Positions 15,029-23,540 of a stretch of DNA of 45,058 nucleotides are shown here, piece by piece (the stretch's first letter is position 1; every line of letters begins with the position of its first letter). Made by a program: the position numbers and the translations under genes. The notes beneath the pieces were generated by a model. The model was not told where the DNA came from. It worked only from the letters and a program-made list of their open reading frames with translations, and did not search any database. The stretch is from an uncultured Spirochaetaceae bacterium. Its GTDB lineage: Bacteria > Spirochaetota > Spirochaetia > Sphaerochaetales > Sphaerochaetaceae. The stretch lies in assembly GCA_964552905.1 (NCBI GenBank), contig CAZKIT010000001.1, positions 1 through 45,058 of the forward strand, written 5' to 3'.

Positions 15029-16471
15029 ATGAGAAAACCACTGAACATTCTTATAATCATATCTTTAATCCTGCTTCTCTTTTCGTGCTCTACAGTAAAG
15101 AAGGCTGACATAGAAGAATCCGTCGTCCTAAGCGGACAGCAGGAGGAGAAAGCTCCTTCCGCTGAAGGAACGGAGAGCAAAACCGAGCCGGTAATCACGG
15201 AAAAGGAAGACGAAACAGTGCCGGCCATCACACCGGATACAGATGAAAAAGCAGACACCGGTACAGAATCAGATGTCCCCGGGGAGAAAAGTGAAGTAAA
15301 AGAAATAATCCCGGAGACAGAGGAAAGCGGGAGTGAAATAACACCTTCCGGTGACAACAGCTCCGTAGCACAGGACATAACAGAGGAAGACTGGGACGGA
15401 CAGAGGGCCGTCACAGCCCCCGATAATACTGCCGCAGAGGCAGAGACTTCAGAAGATGACAACAGCGATAGCGCAGTTTCCACTGCCAGGGAAGAAGCGA
15501 GCGAGGCCGTCACGGATGAAGCCTTTTCAGAAAAAGCAGCCGTGGAGGACGAAGCATACACACCGATTGAAAAGGGAGATTCGGATGACGTCACCACCCT
15601 CTTCAGCTATGCTTTCGGCGTCAAGAACATGAACGAGCTCGTCGAATCCGGGATACCGTTCATCACTTCCTACTTCATGAGAGGTCTCTATGATGCATCC
15701 CTGGACTGGAACAGCCCCGTCTTCGTAACGCTTGGAAATCTCCAGAGCGTCATAAACGAATTCTATGGAGAGTACATTTCGGGTGACGTACATCTAGACA
15801 ACGGTCCGCGTCCGGGAAGCATAGAGGAACTTCTTGAACTTGAGTATCCGGAGAGAGAGGGAGAGCTTTTCTCATACGCCTACGGCTTTTCTGTCATAAG
15901 AGACCTGCTTTCTTCCGAGATCGACATTGAGATAATCCCGTTCATGGCAGGAATGCTCGACGAGCGCTACTCAGAGACTGCACCTCTCTCGGATGAGGAA
16001 ATCCAGGACGCACTCAACAGCTACATCTATTTTCTCAACGAGGAATACTACACGGAGCTTGAGGAAAAAGCCGAAGAGAACCTGAAGAAGGCTCAGGAAT
16101 TTCTGGAGGCAAACAGCAGAGAGGACGGAATCACGGTTCTCGATAACGGTGTCCAGATACTTCTTCTCGCATCCGACGACGTGACGGGAGACAAACCCAC
16201 CCAGTATGATACGGTCATAATGGACTACAACGAATACATACTCGACTACGAGACGGGAGAGCTCGAGTTCACGGACGCAGACTGGAATGCGGAAGTCAGC
16301 GTTATAACTCTGGAGAAAGGACTTCAGAGTGCCGTGACTAACATGCACGTCGGCGAGGCCATAAGGGCATTCATTCCACCGGAGTACAGCGGTATCAGCG
16401 AGGGAGACGGAGCGGACATAGAGCCCAACTCGCTCTTCGTCTACGACATAGCCCTGCAGCAGATTCTATAG
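15029..16471 (+). CDS. FKBP-type PPIase lipoprotein with a long acidic low-complexity N-terminal region
   Basis: Start at ATG 15029, after AGAGGAGG. Lipobox-like MRKPLNILIIISLILLLFSC. About 170 aa of E/D/T/S-rich sequence. C-terminal FKBP-like domain VIMDYNEYILD...LQSAVTNMHVGEAIRAFIPPEY...IEPNSLFVYDIAL. Confidence 0.8.
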   Translation: MRKPLNILIIISLILLLFSCSTVKKADIEESVVLSGQQEEKAPSAEGTESKTEPVITEKEDETVPAITPDTDEKADTGTESDVPGEKSEVKEIIPETEESGSEITPSGDNSSVAQDITEEDWDGQRAVTAPDNTAAEAETSEDDNSDSAVSTAREEASEAVTDEAFSEKAAVEDEAYTPIEKGDSDDVTTLFSYAFGVKNMNELVESGIPFITSYFMRGLYDASLDWNSPVFVTLGNLQSVINEFYGEYISGDVHLDNGPRPGSIEELLELEYPEREGELFSYAYGFSVIRDLLSSEIDIEIIPFMAGMLDERYSETAPLSDEEIQDALNSYIYFLNEEYYTELEEKAEENLKKAQEFLEANSREDGITVLDNGVQILLLASDDVTGDKPTQYDTVIMDYNEYILDYETGELEFTDADWNAEVSVITLEKGLQSAVTNMHVGEAIRAFIPPEYSGISEGDGADIEPNSLFVYDIALQQIL

Positions 16472-16843
16472 GAAGAATCTCACAGTCTTGAAAGCAACTG
16501 GAAGAGAGGAAGCGATTCCTCTCTTTATCTTTGCTCCTCCGTCATAGACAAGGAAGACTCCCGGTGAAAGACGGAATACCGAGCCGTCCACGGAGACTAT
16601 CTCATCCCCCTCGAGACATATCTCGAGAATGAGCTTTCCCTCTCTTCTCTCACCCTCGAAGCCGGTGGGTGTGGAAAGATGGGCCGAGACGACGTACATC
16701 ACGCTGCCGTCCCCTCCTGCGGAGTATTCACCGCACTCATCGTCATAGGGCTTCGAGTGGTCCATCACGTCAATCACCCTGTCCATATGGGGGATTACGG
16801 AAGTATAGTTTTCAAGTTTATCCAGGATATCGTAAAGAAGCAT
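16466..16843 (-). CDS. YhcH/YjgK/YiaL (DUF386)-like small cupin protein, divergent
   Basis: Start at ATG 16843, 2 nt after the upstream stop. MLLYDILDKLENY...GEYSAGGDGSVMYVVSAHL.....EGERREGKLILEICLEGDEIVSV....LSPGVFLVY follows the DUF386 layout (M.....L..Y.....G.Y...GD.IF..V......E.H..YIDIQ..L.GEE). Confidence 0.5.
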   Translation of the reverse strand: MLLYDILDKLENYTSVIPHMDRVIDVMDHSKPYDDECGEYSAGGDGSVMYVVSAHLSTPTGFEGERREGKLILEICLEGDEIVSVDGSVFRLSPGVFLVYDGGAKIKRGIASSLPVAFKTVRFFL

Positions 16844-16845
16844 GT

Positions 16846-17535
16846 CTACCTCATGAACTGATTCTGATTGAGAAGAGTGAATACACAGCCGAACGACATC
16901 GAGACAGTGAAGGAATAGCCCTTTCCGCTCCACAGGGACGATATACCCTTTTCAAAGTCCATGTCTTTTCCGAGTTCACACGAAAGAGAGAAATACTGGG
17001 CGTCATACCTTCCGATCATTCCGACTCCGACTGAGACGGTATGCTGATTTATGACTGTATCGTCACTCATAGCCTTCTTTCCGCGTTCCGTCCCGTTCTT
17101 CGAAAGAGTGTAACGGTTCCAGCTGTAACCGAGAGTGCCGCTGACAGAGAAATACTTCTCGCTCCTGGCAAGATGGATGTATGTCAGAGCACCCGATAGA
17201 TGAAGAACCCCGTCGGATCCGTAGCGGTAATCGTAAGAAGACGAAGTGCTTCCGTTTCTGTTGACTCCCGTTACGAAACCGTAACCGAAATCACAGGTCA
17301 GACCGACGGGAACATCGGCGTACGGGAGTACAGTCAGTTCAACCTTCGGAACGAGCGTTGCAGCATAGGTGAAATCACCCGAGTAGTAGCGTTCATTGCC
17401 TTCCAGTGCAGATGAAAAGAGAGTCGAAGGATGTATTCTCCCCCATTCGACTCCGCCTCCGACGAAGAACTGAGGACGTGCGGAAAGCGAGAGAACGGTA
17501 AAGACAAGAAGCAGAATGACAAATCTCCTCTTCAT
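16846..17535 (-). CDS. Signal-peptide protein, predicted small outer-membrane beta-barrel (229 aa)
   Basis: MKRRFVILLLVFTVLSLSA signal peptide. G/S/T/Y-rich with alternating hydrophobic pattern. ATGA overlap with the upstream gene. No named family recognised. Confidence 0.65.
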   Translation of the reverse strand: MKRRFVILLLVFTVLSLSARPQFFVGGGVEWGRIHPSTLFSSALEGNERYYSGDFTYAATLVPKVELTVLPYADVPVGLTCDFGYGFVTGVNRNGSTSSSYDYRYGSDGVLHLSGALTYIHLARSEKYFSVSGTLGYSWNRYTLSKNGTERGKKAMSDDTVINQHTVSVGVGMIGRYDAQYFSLSCELGKDMDFEKGISSLWSGKGYSFTVSMSFGCVFTLLNQNQFMR

Positions 17536-18173
17536 CGCTTTCTCTCCCCGCCGAACCTGTATCCGGCACCTATCTGCGCTCTGAAGAGAAGCGTCGAATA
17601 GAGGTTGTCATACCATGTATCTTCACTTGCCGGAGTGAACTTCAAAAAGCCGTTCGTCAGACTTAATCCCCCGCTGAAGAAGAAGTCATCGGTCATGAAA
17701 TAGTCAGCTCTCGTCTCCGCTGTCACACCCAGTATTATGCCCCGTGTGAAATAATCATAGGTCATAACCTCCATTCTCAGAGCCAGGGAGGCATCAAGAT
17801 AGGTAGACGGCGTACATCTGAAGACAGCGCCGGCGCCTGCCATGAGGAACGCATTTCTGTCTTCCAGACCGGAAGAGACGAAATTGTCATATTTTCCGGA
17901 GACTAGCGGATATGAAGCATGAAGCGATGTGCTCAGCCCCCACTTCGCATCTGTGTCGTTTCTGTAGATATCGAACGAGATGTCGAGACCAAGTGCGAAA
18001 TGGAGATTACCTTTCTTCGCAGGAAGCGAATAGACACCTTCACTCACAAGAGACGGAGATACCGTCCCCCTCAGATAGAAGGACAACCTGTCCGAAGAAG
18101 GTATCCCGGATGAGAAGAGGGACGACAGAACAAGAAGCAGAACAACAATGACGGAAAGAAATCTCTTTCTCAT
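17532..18173 (-). CDS. Signal-peptide protein, predicted small outer-membrane beta-barrel (213 aa)
   Basis: Start at ATG 18173 (ATGA overlap). MRKRFLSVIVVLLLVLSSLFSS signal. The C-terminal strand is IGAGYRF followed by GGERKR. Confidence 0.65.
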   Translation of the reverse strand: MRKRFLSVIVVLLLVLSSLFSSGIPSSDRLSFYLRGTVSPSLVSEGVYSLPAKKGNLHFALGLDISFDIYRNDTDAKWGLSTSLHASYPLVSGKYDNFVSSGLEDRNAFLMAGAGAVFRCTPSTYLDASLALRMEVMTYDYFTRGIILGVTAETRADYFMTDDFFFSGGLSLTNGFLKFTPASEDTWYDNLYSTLLFRAQIGAGYRFGGERKR

Positions 18174-19342
18174 ATTCCCAGCCTCACTCCCAATGAATAT
18201 CTGAACCCCAGGTCTCTCGTGTAAACCGATGCATAGACCCAGCCGCATTCCGCGTAAAGATACAGCGTGTCGAATAAATCAGCCTCCGCCCTCAGTGAAA
18301 TGCTTCCGCTGAAGCAGTTCATCGTACCTTCGGAGTTTGCAACAGGACCGAAGGAATAGGCAATGTCACTGAGGAGAGAAACAGTCGGATAGACATCCTC
18401 CATAAGCTGCGGACCGGAAAAGACCAGCTTCGTCGTATTGGAGACGAGGAACATGGTATGGGCATTATGACTTCCCCACAGGGACTTCTCAAGCGCATAC
18501 TGCGGTATTCCCTTTCCGGTGACGAAGCGCATGCCGAACTGGGTATCGAGTACGAGAGTGAACATTCTGAGAACATCAGAAGACTCTCCAAGTGAGAACT
18601 GGCTTACGTTGAGAAGCGTGAATGCTGCTCCGCCGTCGGCAGATACCGAAAGGTATGACGAACCGTTTTTGTCGTGAAGCGGGAACCAGGACGGCATGTA
18701 TTTCACAGCCAGATCTGCCCAGAGTCCGTCCTTCGTCATTCTCGTCTCCTCGACATAGCGGTACTTCGCCCCCAGACCGATACCGGTATGTGAAAGCTTT
18801 CTGGTCTTAAGCTCGGGAACCCCGCTGCAGGAAGAGAACCTCTCCGTTCTCTTTCCTTCTTCGATTATGGTGAATGTCGCTTCATCCCCGTCCGTATTCA
18901 GCCATCCCAGTCTCTCATAGGCGTTCTCGTAGTCTCCCTCAAGAGAGAAGACGAGTGAAAAGAGCGGAGAGGAAAGATAATCGACATTCACAAGACCCAT
19001 CTCGTACTCGAGAGAAAAGTATATGTACTGCACCTGGTACCAGCGTGCCTTCTCGTCCTCGTACGGAGAAGATGTGCTGTCCATATGCTCACCCGTCTCC
19101 GGATTCTGGACCAGCAGCCTGTGCTTCAGGCCGGCATCGAAATTGAGAGTAAGGGAGGAGGCAATGGAGTCCAGATAATCGGGAAGAGAGGCTTCATAGC
19201 TGAACTTTCCGTTTATCGGGTAGAAGCCGTCTGCAAATCTGACATCACCCTGGGCCGAGAGAACGGAGGATGAGAGAGTGACAGCACTCAGGGAGAGCAC
19301 TGCGATGAATATCATGAAGAGAGAAACAACAGGTCTTTTCAT
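18170..19342 (-). CDS. Signal-peptide protein, predicted outer-membrane beta-barrel (390 aa)
   Basis: MKRPVVSLFMIFIAVLSLSAVTLSSSVLSA signal. C-terminus GFRYSLGVRLGI. GGAGG lies 6 nt before the ATG. Confidence 0.65.
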   Translation of the reverse strand: MKRPVVSLFMIFIAVLSLSAVTLSSSVLSAQGDVRFADGFYPINGKFSYEASLPDYLDSIASSLTLNFDAGLKHRLLVQNPETGEHMDSTSSPYEDEKARWYQVQYIYFSLEYEMGLVNVDYLSSPLFSLVFSLEGDYENAYERLGWLNTDGDEATFTIIEEGKRTERFSSCSGVPELKTRKLSHTGIGLGAKYRYVEETRMTKDGLWADLAVKYMPSWFPLHDKNGSSYLSVSADGGAAFTLLNVSQFSLGESSDVLRMFTLVLDTQFGMRFVTGKGIPQYALEKSLWGSHNAHTMFLVSNTTKLVFSGPQLMEDVYPTVSLLSDIAYSFGPVANSEGTMNCFSGSISLRAEADLFDTLYLYAECGWVYASVYTRDLGFRYSLGVRLGI

Positions 19343-19352
19343 TCTTCGCCTC

Positions 19353-20531
19353 CTACAGACTCAGCGACATGCTCACCTCTGAGCTTGAGGTGAGGCGCGA
19401 AGGCGAAGAATAGCCGTTTGCGATATTCCATGAAACGCCGTAATAGAACGATATGAAACCGAAGACAGAGAGCGAAACGGAAGAGGAAAGCGTGGACACA
19501 TATGCCAGTCCCCTGCTCTTTCCGCTTCTTTCGTTCTCGAATCCTCCGAAGTAGAGACTGTTGTTGTAGGACACACTCATGCTGACACCCGTTCCGGAAT
19601 CCAGAATCTGGGGGCCGGCGATGACGAGAGACACACTGTCCGAAAGACAGCCGCGGAGGCGGAATGAATTCAGTTTGTTCTGCGGGACGATCTTCCCGAA
19701 AGTGTATGACAGAGTGTCAGAGTGCGAGAGACTTATCCTGAGCCACCTGAGAGAAATGGACTGTTCGACATTCTTGAGAACCATCTCCTCGGACACCGAT
19801 GCCGACAGTCTGTAATAGTCGGAAAGCGTTATTCCCCCGTTGGATACCCTGTTGAGCATCCACCACGGCCCCATCTCGAAGGAGAATGACATGTTGAAGG
19901 AAGAGAGATTCTTTACCGTATAGATGCTTCTCCTTGCAGAGAGGCCCATCCATGAATTGAGATTCGTCCTCTCCCCGTAAAGCCATGGATATGCATAGAC
20001 GGCATCCTTATCCGTATACTTCTTTGTCCACTTTGCTGATGACTCATCATATGTCGAAAACTGCAGTTTAGAGCCTGCGGTGGAGGCTGCTCCGCCGAGG
20101 GCCTCCTGGGGAAGAGAGTAACGGGAAGAAAGAGAGACGGAATACGTCCATTCATCGAGCTTCTGGGAAAGGGAGAGACTCATGCTTCCCGTCGGATTGA
20201 AATAGTATTTGCTCTCTGAGCTGATAACAGCACCGCTGTTGGTCCATGAAGAAGTAGGAGTTCCAGTCTTGTAATCCCAGTACGAGCTGTCAGAGGAGGA
20301 TGAAAGACTGTAGGACGAGGAAAAGGAAAGAGAAGCCTTTTCCTCACCCTCGGGGAGCATCTGTACTCTTGCGGACTTTGCTATCGAGAATGAGACCGGA
20401 AGATATCCGCCGCCAAGTCCGTTCGATCCCGTCGAATAACCGGAAAGCGTTTCATCAAAGAGCGGCTGAGAAGGTGCGGCAACACATACAAAAAACAATA
20501 GGAATGCCGCAACAGCCTTTGTATATCTCAA
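19353..20531 (-). CDS. Signal-peptide/lipobox-like Ser-rich protein, predicted outer-membrane beta-barrel (392 aa)
   Basis: TTG start 9 nt after GGAGG. MRYTKAVAAFLLFFVCVAAPSQ. Shares the block SLVIAGPQIL with KLVFSGPQLM of the neighbouring 390-aa protein. Confidence 0.6.
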   Translation of the reverse strand: MRYTKAVAAFLLFFVCVAAPSQPLFDETLSGYSTGSNGLGGGYLPVSFSIAKSARVQMLPEGEEKASLSFSSSYSLSSSSDSSYWDYKTGTPTSSWTNSGAVISSESKYYFNPTGSMSLSLSQKLDEWTYSVSLSSRYSLPQEALGGAASTAGSKLQFSTYDESSAKWTKKYTDKDAVYAYPWLYGERTNLNSWMGLSARRSIYTVKNLSSFNMSFSFEMGPWWMLNRVSNGGITLSDYYRLSASVSEEMVLKNVEQSISLRWLRISLSHSDTLSYTFGKIVPQNKLNSFRLRGCLSDSVSLVIAGPQILDSGTGVSMSVSYNNSLYFGGFENERSGKSRGLAYVSTLSSSVSLSVFGFISFYYGVSWNIANGYSSPSRLTSSSEVSMSLSL

Positions 20532-20591
20532 TTGGAAAGACCTCCGTTCACTGAAAGATAACCTTACACGATTTGAGAGGATAAATCTACC

Positions 20592-21755
20592 TCAGACCTT
20601 TTCCCCGTCGATATAAACGCCGTGAAGGTTGAATTCTTCATCGTAGAGGATGAAATCAGCCTTCTTACCTTCCTTTATCGAACCGATGGAAGAGTCGAGC
20701 TTCAGCATCTTCGCGGGATTGAGGGACGTTGTACGGAAGACTTCGACAGGGCTGAGACCGGCGAGAGACGAGAGTGTCTTCACAAGCCTTATGCCTGTTG
20801 CAACGGAACCTGCAAAGCAGCTGAGATCCTCGAGGTATGCAACACCATCCTTTATGATGACCTTCGTTCCGTTGTTCTTCGGTCCCAGGATGGACGGACC
20901 GGAGGTGAAGCCGGCCCCTCTCATGCTGTCGGAGATTGCAGTTATATGGGAGTGGTCCTTGAGCTTGAAGATAAGCTTCAGAAGGTCCTCGGGAAGATGG
21001 CATCCGTCACATATGAGCTCGACGGTGAGTTCATCGAAGTAGAAACCCGCCTCGGTGGCGCCGAGAATCTTCCACGAATGGCTCTTGGTCATGCTCGACA
21101 TCGCGGAATAGTAATGGGTCAGCATCGTCATTCCGTTCTCCACCGCCCTTCCGATTGTCCTGAAGTCCGCCTTCGTGTGTCCTCCGGAAACTATTATGCC
21201 CTGTGATGAGATATCTTTTATGAAGGCCATGGCTCCGTCGAGTTCCGGAGCGACAGACCATCGTCTGATGTTACCGCGGGACTTCTCGAGAATCATATTA
21301 TAATGGTGAGGATCAGGATTGCGGATATATCTCGGGTCCTGTGCACCCTTCATGTCAAAGTTGAAGTATGGACCTTCGAGATGCGCTCCCGGCAGTCTTG
21401 CTTCGTTTCTGCCTCTTCTATTCTGGGCGGAGCTGAGATTGTCGAAGAACGAGAAGAGTTCTTCATCCGAGGATGTGAGCGTCGTTGCGAGAGCAGTGGT
21501 CGTACCGAACGCCGCGAGTCCCCTCGCCGCCCCGTGGATGGCCTCTTCGTCGCCGTCCATGAAATCGTATCCTCCGGAGCCGTGGGTATGGAGGTCCACA
21601 CAGCCTGGGGCAAGAGTGAGGCCTGATGCATCTATATCTCCATCGGGAGAGGGTTTATCTGAAACGCGGGCTATTATACCGTCCCTGAATTCGACGGTAC
21701 CTCTTTCAATCACTTCGTCCTCAAGGACTATGCGGCAGTTCGTTATTCTCTTCAT
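20592..21755 (-). CDS. nagA: N-acetylglucosamine-6-phosphate deacetylase
   Basis: Start at ATG 21755 (MKRITNCRIV...), sharing one nt with the nagB stop (TGATG). APGCVDLHTHGSGGYDFMDG metal motif. 387 aa. Confidence 0.9.
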   Translation of the reverse strand: MKRITNCRIVLEDEVIERGTVEFRDGIIARVSDKPSPDGDIDASGLTLAPGCVDLHTHGSGGYDFMDGDEEAIHGAARGLAAFGTTTALATTLTSSDEELFSFFDNLSSAQNRRGRNEARLPGAHLEGPYFNFDMKGAQDPRYIRNPDPHHYNMILEKSRGNIRRWSVAPELDGAMAFIKDISSQGIIVSGGHTKADFRTIGRAVENGMTMLTHYYSAMSSMTKSHSWKILGATEAGFYFDELTVELICDGCHLPEDLLKLIFKLKDHSHITAISDSMRGAGFTSGPSILGPKNNGTKVIIKDGVAYLEDLSCFAGSVATGIRLVKTLSSLAGLSPVEVFRTTSLNPAKMLKLDSSIGSIKEGKKADFILYDEEFNLHGVYIDGEKV

Positions 21756-22474
21756 CAGGCCAGAACATCCTCTGTCACGATGACTGTGACATCCCTGTGA
21801 ATCGAGAGAAGAGTTGCAGGACATGTCGTGTCGATGGTCTCGCCGAGCATCTTCTTTACTGCATCCTTCTTGTCTTTTCCGCTGGCAAGAAGAATTATTT
21901 TCCTTGCAGAGAGGATTGTTCCCATTCCCATAGTCAGGGAATAGCGTGGGACCTCATCGGCTGAGTCGAAGAAACGGCTGTTGGCCTCGATTGTGCTCTC
22001 GGTGAGTGCCGTCTTGTGTGTATGAGGATAGAGGAAGGAGCCCGGCTCGTTGAATGCGATATGGCCGTTGCGCCCGATTCCCAGTACCTGAAGGTCTATT
22101 CCTCCCAGACTCTCTATCATCTTCTCGTAGTCTGCACATTCCCTGTCGGGATCCGATGCCTCTCCGTTGAGCACATGCGTCTTCTCGATATCTATATCGA
22201 TGTGATCGAAGAAGTTGTCATTCATGAAATAGCGGTACGACTGCTCGTTCGTCCTCTTTATCGGATAATATTCGTCAAGGTTGACCGACGTGATTCTGCT
22301 GAACGAAATCTCACCGTTCATATACATCTGGGAAAGAACGCGGTACATTCCCACCGGCGTGCTTCCGGTTGCGAGGCCGAGCACTGCGTCCGGCTTCTTC
22401 AGCATGAGTTCCTTTACTATCAGAGCCCCCTGTGTGCTCATTTCCTGATAATCCTTTGCTACGATGAGTTTCAT
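21755..22474 (-). CDS. nagB: Glucosamine-6-phosphate deaminase
   Basis: Start at ATG 22474, after GGAGGAAAAA. MKLIVAKDYQEMS...AVLGLATGSTPVGMY...GIGRNGHIAFNEPGS. 239 aa. Confidence 0.9.
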   Translation of the reverse strand: MKLIVAKDYQEMSTQGALIVKELMLKKPDAVLGLATGSTPVGMYRVLSQMYMNGEISFSRITSVNLDEYYPIKRTNEQSYRYFMNDNFFDHIDIDIEKTHVLNGEASDPDRECADYEKMIESLGGIDLQVLGIGRNGHIAFNEPGSFLYPHTHKTALTESTIEANSRFFDSADEVPRYSLTMGMGTILSARKIILLASGKDKKDAVKKMLGETIDTTCPATLLSIHRDVTVIVTEDVLA

Positions 22475-22714
22475 TTTTTCCTCCGTTTTCCACAGTATAC
22501 TCAAAACAGGGACGAAACACTACAAAAAAAATCAGCAGATATGAATAGATTGCTCTTTATGTCAAGAAACAGAAAACAACGTAATGTCAGTCGTCCGCCC
22601 TCGTCTTCTTCCTGCAGTAATACGCAGCTCAGGATTTATATGCCGGCTTCTTCCGGAATTCTGATAATCATAGAGAGTGACGCAGCGAATTTCCGATTTT
22701 CTTCATGTTTCTAC

Positions 22715-22744
22715 TTGTAAGAACAGAATTATCATACATAAAAT
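22715..22744 (+). promoter_or_regulatory. Candidate promoter of the membrane-protein/M20 operon (TTGTAA-18 nt-TAAAAT)
   Basis: TTGTAA 22715-22720, 18-nt spacer, TAAAAT 22739-22744, 25 nt before ATG 22770. Confidence 0.35.
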
Positions 22745-22769
22745 TGACTTATTCTTATTCGGAGGATTC

Positions 22770-23531
22770 ATGGATTACTTAAGTCTTGCCAATTCACCGG
22801 TACTCTACCTTGTCGTTGGAGGCGTTCTGCTCTTCATCGCACTGGGCTGTCTGTACTTCATCATCAAGTTCTACAGAGCGGGATTGAAGATAGGAATGGA
22901 GAAATCCGTTCTGAAGAAGGCCATAACATCGTCGGCCCTCTTCACTGTCCTTCCTGCCGTTTCGATTCTTCTCGGAGTCATAGCACTCTCGGGTTCCCTC
23001 GGAGTCCCGACTGCGTGGCTTCGCCTCAGCGTCGTCGGCAACCTCTCCTACGAGGCCATTGCCGCTGAAGCTGCAGCACAGGCAATGGGAACGGAGCTCA
23101 ACTCAGCCGTACTTACAACCAGGACTCTTGTCACAATCCTTGCCGTAATGACCAGCGGCATATGCTGGGGTGTGCTGTGTACCATCTTCCTCTGCCCCTG
23201 GTACAGCAGGAAATGCAATAAGCTGCTCAACAGGAAAAGCGGAGAGAAAAAGACGGGAAAGAGCTTCTCCGACTGGGCGATGGTCAGCATGTTCATCGGG
23301 TTCTGCGGAACATTCATCGGATCCTACATCGCGGGAGCCTTCAACGGCCTCACGAATTCCGATCCTCTCGATAATCTCTCGTCTGCAGTTCCTCTGATCA
23401 CGGCACTCGTTGCAGCTCTCGTGATGAAGGTATGCATGGTACTCGAGGACAAAGGCTACAAGTGGATGGAGAATTTCTCACTCTCACTCTCGATGCTCGT
23501 CGCAATGGCGGCAGCCGCAATCGTGGCCTGA
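22770..23531 (+). CDS. Polytopic membrane protein (about 6 TM), family not assigned
   Basis: Start at ATG 22770, after GGAGGA. 253 aa with hydrophobic segments such as PVLYLVVGGVLLFIALGCLYFII and WAMVSMFIGFCGTFIGSYIAGAF. Confidence 0.7.
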   Translation: MDYLSLANSPVLYLVVGGVLLFIALGCLYFIIKFYRAGLKIGMEKSVLKKAITSSALFTVLPAVSILLGVIALSGSLGVPTAWLRLSVVGNLSYEAIAAEAAAQAMGTELNSAVLTTRTLVTILAVMTSGICWGVLCTIFLCPWYSRKCNKLLNRKSGEKKTGKSFSDWAMVSMFIGFCGTFIGSYIAGAFNGLTNSDPLDNLSSAVPLITALVAALVMKVCMVLEDKGYKWMENFSLSLSMLVAMAAAAIVA

Positions 23532-23540
23532 GGAGGAAAA

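Noticed and set aside
16461-16480. 7-bp AT-rich hairpin AGATTCT-ATAGGA-AGAATCT spanning the overlapping stops of the second FKBP gene and the YhcH-like gene, considered as a bidirectional terminator.
   Set aside because: The stem is short and weak, with no flanking T-runs on either strand. That is not enough to call a terminator.
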